From: Prevotellaceae bacterium
Lineage (GTDB): Bacteria > Bacteroidota > Bacteroidia > Bacteroidales > Paludibacteraceae
Assembly (NCBI GenBank): GCA_031261165.1
Contig: JAISJU010000091.1
Location: 1-52,999 of the forward strand
Length of the DNA: 52,999 bases
Direction of reading: 5' to 3'
The position numbers and the translations under genes were made by a program. Below the pieces are notes generated by a model that saw only the letters and a program-made list of their open reading frames with translations, did no database searches and had not been told where the DNA came from. Shown here one piece after another: positions 18,248-29,920 of the stretch (its first letter is position 1; each line of letters begins with the position of its first letter).

Positions 18248-21200
18248 TTAATCCTTTTCCACAAGTTCTTCCTGTTCCACCACGTTTTTGCGTGCCTCCA
18301 TCATCTTTTCGTACTCTTCGCGCGAGCCGACAATCAGTTTGTCGAACTCTCTTTGACCGGTACCGGCAGGAATGAGGTTTCCGCAAATTACGTTTTCTTT
18401 CAAACCTTCGAGTCTGTCGAGTTTGCCGTTGATGGCAGCCTCATTCAGCACTTTGGTCGTTTCCTGGAATGATGCGGCGGACATAAAACTGTTGGTCTGC
18501 AATGCCGCGCGGGTGATGCCCTGCAACACTTGGCTTGACGTAGCGGGAATGCAGTCGCGCACTTCCACCGGCTTTAAGTCGCGGCGTTTGAGAATACTGT
18601 TCTCATCGCGGAGTTTGCGCGGCGTTACTATCATACCCGGTTTCATCGTTTCCGAATCGCCCGCCTCTATTACAAACTTTTTGTCCCACAAACGGTCGTT
18701 TTCTTCCATAAAGGCGAGTTTATCCACCATTTGTTTTTCGAGGAATATTGAGTCGCCCGGGTCTTCAATCTGCACTTTGCGCATCATCTGGCGCACAATC
18801 ACTTCAAAGTGTTTGTCGTTGATTTTCACACCCTGCAAGCGATATACGTCTTGTACTTCATTCACAATGTATTCCTGTACGGCGGTGGGTCCCTTGATTG
18901 CCAAGATGTCCGAAGGCGTTATGGCTCCGTCAGACAGCGGCGTACCGGCACGCACATAGTCGCTTTCCTGCACGAGGATTTGTTTCGACAAGGGTACGAG
19001 ATACTTTTTCTGTTCGCCGGTTTTAGACGTAACGGACATTTCTCGGTTACCGCGCTTGATTTTTCCAAAATTCACTTCGCCGTCAATTTCGGCTACCACA
19101 GCGGGGTTGCTCGGGTTGCGAGCCTCGAAGAGTTCGGTTACGCGGGGCAAACCACCCGTGATGTCGCCCGACTTGCCTACCGCACGCGGGATTTTCACCA
19201 ACAACTGACCGCTCTTCACCGTTTCGCCCTCTTCCACTATGATGTGGGCATTCACAGGCAAGTTATAAGTTTTCAGTATTTCGCCTTTTTTGTCCAAGAT
19301 GTGTGCTACCGGCACAATGCTCTTGTCTTTCGGCTCAATGATAACCTTTTCGCGCAAACCTGTCTGTTCGTCAGATTCGGTTTTAAAAGTAACATTTTCC
19401 ACCATTCCCTCAAACTGGATTTTACCGGCAACTTCCGATACAATCACGGCATTGAAGGGGTCCCATTCGCAAATCACATCGCCTTTTTTCACATTGTCGC
19501 CGTTCTTGTAATACAGTTTCGAGCCGTAGGTAATGCTTTGGTTGGTCAAAATAATCTTCGTGTTCGGGTCGATGATGCGCATTTCCGCCAAACGACCGAC
19601 TACCATTTGGAAAGTATTGTTATTTTCCGTAGCCTCTACCGAGCGGAGTTCGTCAATTTCGATGATACCGTCATAGCGCGACACAAGTTTGGACTCGGCT
19701 GCAATGTTTGATGCGATACCCCCTACGTGGAAGGTACGCAGCGTTAATTGCGTTCCCGGCTCGCCGATGGACTGCGCTGCAATCACGCCGACCGCCTCGC
19801 CTTTTTGCACCATTCTGCCGGTTGCCAGGTTGCGACCGTAGCATTTGGCGCAAACGCCTTTTTTCGATTCGCAGGTTAATACCGAGCGGATTTCTACCCT
19901 CTCGATGGGCGAATTTTGTATTGTTTTGGCTTGGTCTTCGCGGATTTCATCGCCCGAAGACACAATCAATTCGCCCGTCAGCGGGTGATAAATATCGTGT
20001 ACCGACACACGCCCCAATATTCTTTCGTAGAGCGATGCCACCACTTCTTCGTTACTCTTTATTTCCATTGCCACAAGCCCGCGCAACGTGCCGCAGTCTT
20101 CTTCGTTAATAATAACGTCTTGCGACACATCGACCAGACGGCGCGTTAAGTATCCCGCATCGGCAGTCTTCAAAGCCGTATCCGCCAAACCCTTACGCGC
20201 ACCGTGCGTTGAAATAAAGTATTCCAACACCGACAAGCCTTCTTTGAAGTTCGACAAAATCGGGTTTTCAATAATCTGACCACCCTCTGCCCCACTCTTC
20301 TGCGGTTTTGCCATCAAACCACGCATACCGGATAACTGACGAATTTGCTCTTTGCTACCGCGTGCGCCCGAGTCGAGCATCATATACACGGAGTTAAAGC
20401 CCTGATTGTCTGACGAGAGTTGTTTCATCAAAATGTTCGACAAGTTCGCATTTACGTGTGTCCAAACGTCAATGGTTTGGTTGTAACGCTCGTTGTTCGT
20501 AATGAAACCCATATTATAGTTGTTCATAATTTCTTCCACTTCCGCGTAGCCTTTTTGAACTAACTCTTCTTTTTCTTTCGGAATGATAACGTCTCCCAAG
20601 TTGAACGACAAACCGCCCTGGAACGCCATTTTGTAGCCCAAATCCTTAATATCGTCAAGGAATTTTGCCGTTGTGGCGATACCGCAAACTTTGATAATGT
20701 TACCGATGATGTCGCGCAGTGATTTTTTCGACAAAATTTCGTTGATGTAGCCTACTTCTTTCGGTACAAACTCATTCACGAGTACGCGACCTACGGAGGT
20801 TTCTTTCAGCATATCCACCAATTCGCCTTTTTCGTTCAAGTCTTCCACAATCACTTTCACAGGCGCGTGCAAATCCACTCTTCCTTCGTTGTAAGCGATT
20901 TCTGCTTCTTCGGGTCCATAGAAAACCAGCCCTTCGCCTTTTGCGCCCGGACGTATTTTGGTAATGTAATACAGCCCAAGCACCATATCCTGCGAAGGTA
21001 CGGTAATCGGTGCGCCGTTGGCAGGGTTAAGAATGTTGTGCGCACCGAGCATCAGCAGTTGCGCCTCCAAAATCGCCTCGTTGCCGAGTGGAAGATGCAC
21101 AGCCATCTGGTCGCCGTCAAAGTCGGCATTGAACGCCGTACAACTGAGCGGGTGCAACTGGATTGCCTTGCCTTCTATCAATTTCGGTTGGAACGCCTGA

Positions 21201-22537
21201 ATACCCAAGCGGTGAAGGGTCGGAGCACGGTTGAGCAACACAGGGTGTCCCTTCATCACGTACTCCAAAATATCGAAAATAACAGGGTCTTTTCTATCTA
21301 CAATTTTCTTTGCCGATTTCACTGTTTTTACGATACCGCGTTCTATCAATTTACGGATAATAAACGGTTTATAGAGTTCGGCAGCCATATTTTTGGGCAA
21401 ACCGCATTCGTGCATTTTCAATTCGGGACCTACCACGATAACCGAACGCGCCGAGTAATCGACACGCTTACCGAGCAAGTTCTGACGGAAACGCCCTTGC
21501 TTGCCTTTCAAACTGTCGGACAAGGATTTCAGCGGACGGTTGGCATCGGTTTTCACAGCCGTAGTTTTGCGCGAGTTGTCGAACAAAGAATCGACAGCCT
21601 CTTGCAACATACGTTTCTCGTTGCGAAGGATTACTTCCGGTGCTTTGATTTCGATTAATCGTTTCAAACGATTATTTCTGATAATGACACGTCTGTACAA
21701 ATCGTTCAAGTCCGAAGTGGCGAAACGACCACCATCAAGCGGCACGAGCGGACGCAAATCGGGCGGAATAACCGGCACAACTTTGATAATCATCCATTCG
21801 GGCTTGTTGCGGTGCTTGGCAGCGCGGAACTGTTCCACCACCTGCAAGCGTTTCAACGCCTCAGCCTTACGCTGTTGCGAAGTATCGGTGCTTGCCTTGT
21901 GGCGCAGGCTGTACGACAATTCGTCCAAATCCAGCCGTTGCAGCAATTCGTAAACCGCCTCTGCGCCCATTTTGGCAATGAATTTGTTGGGGTCAGTATC
22001 TTCCAACATATCATTTTCGCGCGGCAACGTTTCCACCAAATCCAAATATTCGTCTTCGGTCAGCACATCGCCCACAGCAACGCCTTCGTCGCCTTTAACA
22101 CCGGGTTGAATCACCACATATTTTTCGTAATAAATAATGGTATCAAGTTTTTTGCTCGGCATTTCGAGCAGGTAGCCGATTTTGTTCGGCAATGAGCGGA
22201 AATACCAAATATGCGCCACCGGAACAACCAACTGAATGTGTCCCATACGCTCGCGGCGTACCTTCTTTTCGGTAACTTCCACACCGCAACGGTCGCACAC
22301 AATGCCTTTGTAACGAATGCGTTTGTATTTACCGCAATGGCACTCGTAATCTCGGCAGGGACCAAAAATCCGCTCGCAAAACAAACCATCGCGTTCGGGT
22401 TTGTAGGTGCGGTAGTTGATGGTCTCGGGTTTCAACACTTCTCCGCTCGAATGTTCCAAAATTTCTTCGGGCGAAGCAAGACCGACTGAGATTTTATTAA
22501 AATTGCTCTTTAATTTTATTTCTTTTCTGAAAGCCAT
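18248..22537 (-). CDS. rpoC: DNA-directed RNA polymerase subunit beta'
   Basis: 1429 aa. It contains the zinc-binding CHCGKY...CDRCGVEV, the NADFDGD catalytic motif and Bacteroidota-typical features throughout. Confidence 0.98.
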   Translation of the reverse strand: MAFRKEIKLKSNFNKISVGLASPEEILEHSSGEVLKPETINYRTYKPERDGLFCERIFGPCRDYECHCGKYKRIRYKGIVCDRCGVEVTEKKVRRERMGHIQLVVPVAHIWYFRSLPNKIGYLLEMPSKKLDTIIYYEKYVVIQPGVKGDEGVAVGDVLTEDEYLDLVETLPRENDMLEDTDPNKFIAKMGAEAVYELLQRLDLDELSYSLRHKASTDTSQQRKAEALKRLQVVEQFRAAKHRNKPEWMIIKVVPVIPPDLRPLVPLDGGRFATSDLNDLYRRVIIRNNRLKRLIEIKAPEVILRNEKRMLQEAVDSLFDNSRKTTAVKTDANRPLKSLSDSLKGKQGRFRQNLLGKRVDYSARSVIVVGPELKMHECGLPKNMAAELYKPFIIRKLIERGIVKTVKSAKKIVDRKDPVIFDILEYVMKGHPVLLNRAPTLHRLGIQAFQPKLIEGKAIQLHPLSCTAFNADFDGDQMAVHLPLGNEAILEAQLLMLGAHNILNPANGAPITVPSQDMVLGLYYITKIRPGAKGEGLVFYGPEEAEIAYNEGRVDLHAPVKVIVEDLNEKGELVDMLKETSVGRVLVNEFVPKEVGYINEILSKKSLRDIIGNIIKVCGIATTAKFLDDIKDLGYKMAFQGGLSFNLGDVIIPKEKEELVQKGYAEVEEIMNNYNMGFITNNERYNQTIDVWTHVNANLSNILMKQLSSDNQGFNSVYMMLDSGARGSKEQIRQLSGMRGLMAKPQKSGAEGGQIIENPILSNFKEGLSVLEYFISTHGARKGLADTALKTADAGYLTRRLVDVSQDVIINEEDCGTLRGLVAMEIKSNEEVVASLYERILGRVSVHDIYHPLTGELIVSSGDEIREDQAKTIQNSPIERVEIRSVLTCESKKGVCAKCYGRNLATGRMVQKGEAVGVIAAQSIGEPGTQLTLRTFHVGGIASNIAAESKLVSRYDGIIEIDELRSVEATENNNTFQMVVGRLAEMRIIDPNTKIILTNQSITYGSKLYYKNGDNVKKGDVICEWDPFNAVIVSEVAGKIQFEGMVENVTFKTESDEQTGLREKVIIEPKDKSIVPVAHILDKKGEILKTYNLPVNAHIIVEEGETVKSGQLLVKIPRAVGKSGDITGGLPRVTELFEARNPSNPAVVAEIDGEVNFGKIKRGNREMSVTSKTGEQKKYLVPLSKQILVQESDYVRAGTPLSDGAITPSDILAIKGPTAVQEYIVNEVQDVYRLQGVKINDKHFEVIVRQMMRKVQIEDPGDSIFLEKQMVDKLAFMEENDRLWDKKFVIEAGDSETMKPGMIVTPRKLRDENSILKRRDLKPVEVRDCIPATSSQVLQGITRAALQTNSFMSAASFQETTKVLNEAAINGKLDRLEGLKENVICGNLIPAGTGQREFDKLIVGSREEYEKMMEARKNVVEQEELVEKD

Positions 22538-22564
22538 AGCTATGTATTTTTATTTGATTACTTT

Positions 22565-23215
22565 TTAAAATATTGATACTATCCATTGTAAAAACTTATC
22601 CCAAGGGAGAAAACTCGAAGATATTATGCCTGAAATAATGGCTGCTCCAAACCAACCTAAGAAAGATAAGATTTTCTTTGTTGTAAATTTTGCTATTGCC
22701 CAATTAATTTTAAGTCTGTATTTTTCCAACAAGTCATCTAAATTGTCGTATTGAATATAGACTTGTTCATACAACAAAATAGCATCTTCCTTATTAGTAC
22801 GTTCCTTCGTCTTCGCTTCTCTCTTTTTTAAAACAATGTCATTGTAAATGACTTTATATTTTGGGTAAAAATTTCCACTGTCAATGGAAGTAATATCTAT
22901 GTATTTAGTTTTACGTTCAAAATTTCCAACAATGTTTTCGTGTAATTTTACATTCAAAAATTTATAGCAATCCAACAATATTCTTTCTATATGCCCTGTT
23001 GCCTTCGGTATTTGTTCACTAATAATTCTTTTGTCTAACGGCTCCGTATAACATCTTGCAACATGGTCATTAAAAGCCCTGATTTCATTAAAAATAGGTC
23101 GCGGAAACTTTTCATAACGACTTTCTATATCAGCAACCAAGGGTTTAATCACCTCATTATAAGTTTTATATAATGGTGAAAGTTGCGAATGAAGATAAGT
23201 ATGTATATTATCCAT
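22565..23215 (-). CDS. ORFan: 216-aa predicted helical protein with a single C-terminal transmembrane anchor
   Basis: A clean ATG-to-TAA frame in about 30% GC DNA. The C-terminal hydrophobic helix is ILSFLGWFGAAIISGIISSSFLPW. It lies 27 nt upstream of the rpoC ATG. No family was recognised. Confidence 0.7.
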   Translation of the reverse strand: MDNIHTYLHSQLSPLYKTYNEVIKPLVADIESRYEKFPRPIFNEIRAFNDHVARCYTEPLDKRIISEQIPKATGHIERILLDCYKFLNVKLHENIVGNFERKTKYIDITSIDSGNFYPKYKVIYNDIVLKKREAKTKERTNKEDAILLYEQVYIQYDNLDDLLEKYRLKINWAIAKFTTKKILSFLGWFGAAIISGIISSSFLPWDKFLQWIVSIF

Positions 23216-23224
23216 TATTTCTAT

Positions 23225-23479
23225 TTATTTCAGTAATTTCAGGTCATCGTATTTATTTAATTCTTTACGATTAAATTCTATAAATCTATTTAAATAGAGA
23301 TAAGGACTTCCTCTGCCTATTAAACGTTCATCGTTTATCGGTGTGTTTTTCAATCGTTTACCGATTCTGACTTCAACAACTTTGTCTAACGCATGAGCGT
23401 CCATTGAAATTACATCACTAAATCTTAAATTTAGTCGTTTTTCAATTATTTTTCTTGAAGAATCATTCAACGTATACAT
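23225..23479 (-). CDS. ORFan: 84-aa basic soluble protein
   Basis: A clean ATG-to-TAA frame in AT-rich DNA. It starts 26 nt after the rpoB stop and ends 9 nt before the next ATG. No family was recognised. Confidence 0.6.
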   Translation of the reverse strand: MYTLNDSSRKIIEKRLNLRFSDVISMDAHALDKVVEVRIGKRLKNTPINDERLIGRGSPYLYLNRFIEFNRKELNKYDDLKLLK

Positions 23480-23505
23480 AACAAAAACCGGATTTTATTG
23501 TTTTT

Positions 23506-26500
23506 CTAATCTAAATTCACACTCAAGCACAATCCGCGCAATTCGTGTAACAATACATTAAGCGATTCGGGTATGCCTGCGTTGGGCATCGCGTCTCCTT
23601 TCACGATTGCCTCGTAGGCTTTGGCGCGACCATTCACATCGTCAGACTTGATGGTCAAAATTTCCTGCAAAATGTGCGCTGCGCCGAAGGCTTCCAACGC
23701 CCAAACTTCCATTTCCCCGAAACGCTGTCCGCCGAACTGCGCCTTACCGCCGAGCGGCTGTTGCGTAATCAGCGAATAGGGTCCGATGGAACGCGCGTGC
23801 ATCTTGTCATCAACCATATGTCCGAGTTTCAGCATATAAATCACGCCGACAGTCGCGGGTTGGTCAAAACGTTCGCCGGTACCGCCGTCATACAGATACG
23901 TTCTGCCGTAATGCGGAATGCCTGCTTTGTCGCACCACTCGTCCAAATCTTCAAGACTTGCACCATCGAAAATCGGGGTGGCAAATTTCTTTCCGAGTTT
24001 TTGTCCTGCCCAGCCGAGTACAGTTTCAAAAATCTGTCCCAAGTTCATACGCGAAGGCACACCGAGCGGGTTGAGGACAATATCTACCGGCGTTCCGTCT
24101 TCGAGGAAAGGCATATCTTCTTCGCGCACAATACGCGATACAATACCTTTGTTCCCGTGCCGTCCTGCCATTTTGTCGCCCACGCGGATTTTGCGTTTTT
24201 TCGCAATATACACTTTTGCCAACTGCACGATACCCGAAGGTAATTCATCGCCGATGGTAATGTTCAGTTTCTTGCGTTTCAACTGCGCGTCAAGTTCTTT
24301 GTATTTCTTCACATAGTTTTGAATCACCGCCTTAATCATATCGTTCTTGTGAGAATCGGAAATCCAGCGGTGAGTTTGTACCTGCGTATAATCAATTTCG
24401 TTCAATGCTTTTTGCGAGAACTTGTTTCCTTTGGCAATCAGTACCGTACCCAAAAAGTCTTTTACGCCCGATGAGGTTTTGCCGTTTGTCAGAACAAGCA
24501 ATTTTTCAATCAAAATAATTCTCAATCGTGCATTTTCCTGTTCAAACTCATCATCGAGTTTAGGCATCATTGCTTTGTCCGTCAATTTCGATTTGCGGTT
24601 TTTGATGGCTTTCGAGAACAGTTTTTTATCCACTACCACACCTGTCAATGACGGCGTTGCTTTCAAAGAGGCATCTTTCACATCGCCCGCTTTGTCGCCA
24701 AAAATGGCGCGGAGTAATTTTTCTTCGGGCGAGGGGTCGCTTTCGCCTTTCGGCGTGATTTTACCAATCATAATGTCGCCCGGCTCAATCAACGCGCCAA
24801 TGCGCACGATACCGTTTTCATCAAGATTTTTGGTTGCATCTTCGCTCACATTGGGAATGTCGGCAGTCAATTCTTCCATACCGCGCTTGGTTTCACGCAC
24901 TTCGAGCGTGTATTCCACCACGTGTACCGAAGTAAAAATATCTTCGCGAACAATGCGCTCGTTCAACACGATGGCATCTTCAAAGTTATAACCTTTCCAA
25001 GGCATAAACGCCACTTTCAGGTTTTTGCCGATGGCAAGTTCGCCGTTTTGGGTTGAATAGCCTTCGGTCAAAATTTGTCCTTTGCTCACACGGTCGCCAC
25101 GATTGACGAGCGGACGCAAGTCCATTGTCATATCCTGGTTGGTTTTTTGGAATTTCGGAATGCGGTGATTTTTCACGGCTGTGTCGAAACTCACAAATTC
25201 TTCATCTTCTGTTCTATCGTAGCGAATGCGGATAACGTCTGCATCAACATATTCCACTATACCATCGTTTTCCGCCATAATTTGCGTACGCGAGTCGCGA
25301 ATAAGTTGTCCTTCAATGCCGGTGCCGACAATCGGTGCTTCGGTACGCAACAAAGGTACTGCCTGGCGCATCATATTCGAGCCCATCAATGCACGGTTGG
25401 CATCATCGTGTTCGAGGAAAGGAATAAGCGCGGCGGCGATTGACGCAATTTGCGTGGGCGAAACATCCATCAGTTGCACCTGTTCGGGCGGCACCACAGG
25501 GAAATCTGCCTCCAAACGCGATTTCACGGTTTTGCGGATAAACGAGCCGTCATCTTTCAACGGCGCGTTGCCCTGTGCTACAATATTATCTTCTTCTTCT
25601 TCGGCAGTAAAATATTTGATGCCTGCGGGCGACAAATCAACCGTTGAGTTTTCCACATTGCGATAAGGTGTTTCGATAAAGCCCAAATCGTTGATTTTGG
25701 CATACACGCAGAGAGATGAAATCAAACCGATGTTCGGACCTTCGGGCGTTTCAATCGGGCAGAGGCGACCATAGTGCGTATAATGCACATCTCGCACCTC
25801 AAAGCCCGCACGCTCGCGGCTCAAACCGCCGGGACCGAGCGCCGACAAACGGCGTTTGTGCGTAATTTCAGCCAGCGGGTTGGTTTGGTCCATAAATTGC
25901 GACAGCGCGTTTGTACCGAAGAACGAGTTAATCACCGAAGAAATCGTCTTGGCGTTAATCAGGTCAATGGGCGTAAACACTTCGTTGTCGCGCACGTTCA
26001 TACGCTCGCGAATGGTACGCGACATACGCGCCAAACCAACACCGAACTGATTGTACAACTGCTCGCCCACCGTGCGCACACGGCGATTGCTCAAGTGGTC
26101 AATATCATCAACCACTGCCTTTGAGTTAATCAGTTCGATTAAATATTTGATAATTTCAATAATATCTTCTTTCGTCAGAACTTTCACTTCCATATCGGTC
26201 GTCAAGTTCAGTTTTTTGTTGATGCGGTAGCGACCTACTTCGCCCAAGTCATAGCGTTTTTCCGAGAAAAACAGGTTATTGATAACCTCGCGAGCAGTAG
26301 CATCATCGGCAGGCTCGGCGTTGCGGAGTTGGCGGTAGATGTACAGCACCGCCTCTTTTTCCGAGTTAGACGGGTCTTTTTGCAGCGTGTTGTAAATAAT
26401 CGCGTAGTCCGACATATTTTGGTCTTCCTTATGGATAAGGATTGTCGGTGCGCCTGTTTCCACGATGTCTTCGATGTGTTTGTTTTCAAGCACCGTTTCG

Positions 26501-27318
26501 CGGTCAATCACCACCTCGTTTCGTTCAATGGAAACTACCTCGCCGGTGTCCTCATCTACAAAGTCTTCCACCCAAGTTTTCAGCACGCGGGCGGCAAGTT
26601 TCGAGCCGACATATTTTTTCAGGTTGGTTTTGTTCACTTTGACTTCTTCTGCCAAATTGAAAATTTCCAGAATATCGCGGTCGCTTTCAAAACCGATGGC
26701 ACGCAAAAGCGTTGTTACCGGCAATTTCTTTTTGCGGTCGATGTAGGCGTACATCACGTTGTTGATGTCCGTTGCGAACTCAATCCACGAGCCTTTGAAC
26801 GGAATGATACGCGCCGAGTACAGTTTTGCACCGTTGGCGTGCGTGCTTTGTCCGAAGAATACGCCCGGCGAGCGGTGTAACTGCGACACCACGACACGTT
26901 CCGCGCCGTTTATCACAAACGAGCCTTTGGGCGTCATATATGGAATAGGTCCCAAATACACGTCTTGAATCACCGTGTCGAAATCTTCGTGGTCGGGGTC
27001 GGTGCAATAGAGTTTCAACTTGGCTTTCAGCGGTACGCTGTAGGTCAACCCGCGTTCGATACACTCGTCTATCGTGTAGCGCGGCGGGTCGATAAAGTAG
27101 TCAAGAAACTCCAGGTTGAAGTTGTTGCGCGTGTCGGAAATAGGAAAATTTTCCGCAAAAACTTTGTATAAACCTTCGTGTTTTCTTTTTTCCTGAGCAG
27201 TGTCAAGTTGAAAAAAGTCCCTGAACGATTTTAACTGTACTTCCAAAAAATCCGGATATTCCAACGGATTTTTTATCGAAGCAAAATTAATTCTTTGAGT
27301 TGCAGTGTTTGAAGACAT
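23506..27318 (-). CDS. rpoB: DNA-directed RNA polymerase subunit beta
   Basis: 1270 aa, with conserved RpoB blocks (e.g. [23 protein letters not shown]). Confidence 0.98.
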   Translation of the reverse strand: MSSNTATQRINFASIKNPLEYPDFLEVQLKSFRDFFQLDTAQEKRKHEGLYKVFAENFPISDTRNNFNLEFLDYFIDPPRYTIDECIERGLTYSVPLKAKLKLYCTDPDHEDFDTVIQDVYLGPIPYMTPKGSFVINGAERVVVSQLHRSPGVFFGQSTHANGAKLYSARIIPFKGSWIEFATDINNVMYAYIDRKKKLPVTTLLRAIGFESDRDILEIFNLAEEVKVNKTNLKKYVGSKLAARVLKTWVEDFVDEDTGEVVSIERNEVVIDRETVLENKHIEDIVETGAPTILIHKEDQNMSDYAIIYNTLQKDPSNSEKEAVLYIYRQLRNAEPADDATAREVINNLFFSEKRYDLGEVGRYRINKKLNLTTDMEVKVLTKEDIIEIIKYLIELINSKAVVDDIDHLSNRRVRTVGEQLYNQFGVGLARMSRTIRERMNVRDNEVFTPIDLINAKTISSVINSFFGTNALSQFMDQTNPLAEITHKRRLSALGPGGLSRERAGFEVRDVHYTHYGRLCPIETPEGPNIGLISSLCVYAKINDLGFIETPYRNVENSTVDLSPAGIKYFTAEEEEDNIVAQGNAPLKDDGSFIRKTVKSRLEADFPVVPPEQVQLMDVSPTQIASIAAALIPFLEHDDANRALMGSNMMRQAVPLLRTEAPIVGTGIEGQLIRDSRTQIMAENDGIVEYVDADVIRIRYDRTEDEEFVSFDTAVKNHRIPKFQKTNQDMTMDLRPLVNRGDRVSKGQILTEGYSTQNGELAIGKNLKVAFMPWKGYNFEDAIVLNERIVREDIFTSVHVVEYTLEVRETKRGMEELTADIPNVSEDATKNLDENGIVRIGALIEPGDIMIGKITPKGESDPSPEEKLLRAIFGDKAGDVKDASLKATPSLTGVVVDKKLFSKAIKNRKSKLTDKAMMPKLDDEFEQENARLRIILIEKLLVLTNGKTSSGVKDFLGTVLIAKGNKFSQKALNEIDYTQVQTHRWISDSHKNDMIKAVIQNYVKKYKELDAQLKRKKLNITIGDELPSGIVQLAKVYIAKKRKIRVGDKMAGRHGNKGIVSRIVREEDMPFLEDGTPVDIVLNPLGVPSRMNLGQIFETVLGWAGQKLGKKFATPIFDGASLEDLDEWCDKAGIPHYGRTYLYDGGTGERFDQPATVGVIYMLKLGHMVDDKMHARSIGPYSLITQQPLGGKAQFGGQRFGEMEVWALEAFGAAHILQEILTIKSDDVNGRAKAYEAIVKGDAMPNAGIPESLNVLLHELRGLCLSVNLD

Positions 27319-27360
27319 TTATATATATGATATTAGTTTGATTTGTTTTTTTATAGAGAA

Positions 27361-27819
27361 CTATCTATCTGTAATCCTATTTATAACCAAATCCATAGAA
27401 ACTGTTTCCGATATTTTAGGAACTAAAACCGAAACAATTAATGGTGCTGCATTGGCTGTTATGCTGGGGATTACATCAGCAGTAAATAAATATTTATTTG
27501 CTGATAATTGTTGTAGCGACAATTTTTCCACATAACTATCCACATTACAATCTGCTACATTAAATACAATTAAAGAATATTTTGAGAAATCAATAGATAT
27601 AGATAAACCAACTTTACAAGGGAAGTAATGATTAAATTCTTCTGACGAATTAATTATTTGAATAGTAGTTAATCCAATATTTTCCCAACAAGATGAAAAT
27701 CCCATATTTAAGTTTGTGATTTCTATTTCTATAGGATAATTAGATTTATCTGTTTTTTTATCACAACCAATAAACAGGATAGAAAACAGCAATATTGATA
27801 AAATACTATTTTTTTTCAT
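27361..27819 (-). CDS. ORFan lipoprotein (152 aa), AT-rich
   Basis: The signal peptide and lipobox are in MKKNSILSILLFSILFIGC. A 60-nt sample (27601-27660) has 16 G+C by hand count. It lies 42 nt upstream of the rpoB ATG. Confidence 0.65.
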   Translation of the reverse strand: MKKNSILSILLFSILFIGCDKKTDKSNYPIEIEITNLNMGFSSCWENIGLTTIQIINSSEEFNHYFPCKVGLSISIDFSKYSLIVFNVADCNVDSYVEKLSLQQLSANKYLFTADVIPSITANAAPLIVSVLVPKISETVSMDLVINRITDR

Positions 27820-27857
27820 AGTGTTGTTGTTTTATTAAATAATTACTTAATAAGATG

Positions 27858-28087
27858 TGGCTTGAAAAGCCGAATTTCCATAACCGCAGGTCAGTGTTAG
27901 TGAGCGAAGTCGAGCTACGACCTACGGACAAAAACAGATACTAACTTTTGCCTGAAAGGCAAAATCTTATTATATATGTTCTGCCTTTCAGGCAGTTTTT
28001 ACACTTTATTTTTATCCCGCAGGTCGTAGTTCGACTTCACTCACTAACCGCTGACCTGCGGTTATACAAATCTGGCTTTTCAAGCCA
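27858..28087. repeat. About 230-bp palindromic element (family D; ATAACCGCAGGTCAG... arms)
   Basis: The arms are tggcttgaaaagcc...ataaccgcaggtcag...cgaagtcgagctacgacct and, mirrored, aggtcgtagttcgacttc...ctgacctgcggttat...ggcttttcaagcca. The inner hairpins are gcctgaaaggc and gcctttcaggc. Confidence 0.85.
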
Positions 28088-28180
28088 TCAGTAATAAGCC
28101 TTTTTATGAATATAGCATAATCAAAATAAAAGATTGACTATCAATGAATTACAAAAATATTTTATTTATATACATAAAAA

Positions 28181-28213
28181 GGCTTAGAAACCTTTTTTCA
28201 AGGTTTCTAAACC
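28181..28213 (-). terminator. Hairpin plus T-run after rplL (terminator/attenuator)
   Basis: The minus strand reads GGTTTAGAAACCTT-GAAAA-AAGGTTTCTAAGCC followed by TTTTTATG. Confidence 0.65.
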
Positions 28214-28245
28214 GATTATCCTGATTCTCAGGATTTTGTTTTAAC

Positions 28246-28623
28246 TTATTTCAGTTCGACTTCTGCTCCGCCTTCTTCGAGTTGTTTCTTGAGGGCTTCG
28301 GCTTCGTCTTTTGCTACACCTTCTTTGATGGGCGACGGTGCTGCATCTACAATATCCTTGGCTTCTTTCAATCCCAAACCGGTAAGTTCTTTTACCAATT
28401 TAACGATTGCAAGTTTGTTTGCGCCTGCTGCTTTCAAAACCACGTCGAAAGACGTTTTTTCTTCAACGGCGGGTGCTGCGCCTGCGGCGGGACCTGCTGC
28501 TACGGCTACTGCTGCTGCTGCCGGTTCGATACCGTACTCTTCTTTGAGGATAGTTGCAAGTTCATTAACTTCTTTAACTGTCAAGTTAACTAATTGTTCT
28601 GCAAAAGCTTTTAAATCTGCCAT
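28246..28623 (-). CDS. rplL: 50S ribosomal protein L7/L12
   Basis: [34 protein letters not shown], then an Ala-rich hinge, then ...[19 protein letters not shown]. Confidence 0.97.
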   Translation of the reverse strand: MADLKAFAEQLVNLTVKEVNELATILKEEYGIEPAAAAVAVAAGPAAGAAPAVEEKTSFDVVLKAAGANKLAIVKLVKELTGLGLKEAKDIVDAAPSPIKEGVAKDEAEALKKQLEEGGAEVELK

Positions 28624-28665
28624 TTTTATTTACGTTTTTAAGATTTTTAATTTGATTTATTTTAA

Positions 28666-29190
28666 TTAATTTCTTTCGGCGAGTGTTTTCAGTACGCCGT
28701 GAATGGTGTTGCCACCCGATTGAAGAGCCGAAATAACATTTTTGGCGGGTGATTGCAACAAAGCAATAATATCGCCGATAAGTTCGTTCTTGCTCTTGAT
28801 ACTGATGAGCGCGTCTAATTGGTCTGCGCCCACGTAGAAACTTTCTTCCACGTATGCTGCTTTCAATACCGGTTTGCCCGCTTTGTCCTTTTCGCTGAAA
28901 CTTTTGATAAGTTTAGCAGGAGCGTTGCCTGTGTTTGAGAGCAGAATAGAGGTTGAGCCTTTCAGTGTTTCATACAGTGGTGTAAAATCTGTGTCCAAAG
29001 CGTCTAACGCTTTTTCCAGCAAGGTGTTTTTTACCACTACAAGCCTGATGTCTTCTTTGAAACAGAGTTTTCTCAATTCGCTGGTTTTTTCGGCGTTCAA
29101 GCCTTCAATATCCACCAAATAGAAATGACTGTATTCCCCAACACTTGCTTTTATCTGTTCAATGATTGTGCTTTTATCTTCCTTTTTCAT
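28666..29190 (-). CDS. rplJ: 50S ribosomal protein L10
   Basis: Supported by its position between rplA and rplL, its length of 174 aa and an L10-like sequence. Confidence 0.93.
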   Translation of the reverse strand: MKKEDKSTIIEQIKASVGEYSHFYLVDIEGLNAEKTSELRKLCFKEDIRLVVVKNTLLEKALDALDTDFTPLYETLKGSTSILLSNTGNAPAKLIKSFSEKDKAGKPVLKAAYVEESFYVGADQLDALISIKSKNELIGDIIALLQSPAKNVISALQSGGNTIHGVLKTLAERN

Positions 29191-29204
29191 AAAAATTTTA
29201 ATTT

Positions 29205-29900
29205 TTAATTTTCAACTGATTTAGGGTCAATTTTAATACCCGGACTCATTGTACTTGAAAGATAAATGCTCTTCACGTATGTACCTTTGGCGGTGGTCGG
29301 TTTCAATTTTATCAAAGTTTGAATAAACTCGTGGGCGTTTTCCGTAAGTTGTTCGGGTGTAAAAGACACCTTTCCAACGGAAGTATGCACGATACCGAAT
29401 TTATCTACTTTGAAGTCAATTTTACCCGACTTCACTTCTTTTACCGCTTTTGCCACATCTTGGGTTACGGTGCCGCTTTTGGGGTTGGGCATCAAACCTC
29501 TCGGTCCGAGTACGCGCCCCAATGCGCCGATTTTTCCCATAATGGAAGGCATTGTGATGATAACGTCTATATCTGTCCAACCTGCTTTGATTTTATCGAT
29601 ATATTCGTCAAGTCCCACATAATCGGCACCGGCTTCTTTTGCCGCCGCCTCTTGGTCAGGAGTACATAATGCAAGAACCCTTATTGTTTTCCCCGTACCG
29701 TGCGGCAGTGATACCACGCCACGCACCATTTGATTGGCTTTTCGGGGGTCAACACCCAGACGCACATCTACATCGACAGATGCATCAAATTTGGTATTGG
29801 TGATTTCCTTTACCAATTTGGCAGCCTCGTTGAGAGAATATGATTTCCCTGCTTCAATTTTTTCCAAAGCCAACTTTTGTTTTTTTGTAAGTTTAGTCAT
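29205..29900 (-). CDS. rplA: 50S ribosomal protein L1
   Basis: [15 protein letters not shown]...[24 protein letters not shown] is typical of L1. Confidence 0.96.
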   Translation of the reverse strand: MTKLTKKQKLALEKIEAGKSYSLNEAAKLVKEITNTKFDASVDVDVRLGVDPRKANQMVRGVVSLPHGTGKTIRVLALCTPDQEAAAKEAGADYVGLDEYIDKIKAGWTDIDVIITMPSIMGKIGALGRVLGPRGLMPNPKSGTVTQDVAKAVKEVKSGKIDFKVDKFGIVHTSVGKVSFTPEQLTENAHEFIQTLIKLKPTTAKGTYVKSIYLSSTMSPGIKIDPKSVEN

Positions 29901-29920
29901 TTTTCTAATTGAAGTGTTAA

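Noticed and set aside
22565-23215. Firm assignment of the 216-aa protein as a HEPN RNase
   Set aside because: The only evidence is one R-x4-H hexapeptide. Such a motif occurs by chance, and its position near the N-terminus is atypical. It is kept as a hypothesis in the findings, not as an annotation.
18372-27171. Numerous 60-300-aa ORFs on the plus strand inside rpoC and rpoB
   Set aside because: They are antisense shadows of two highly conserved, fully intact essential genes.
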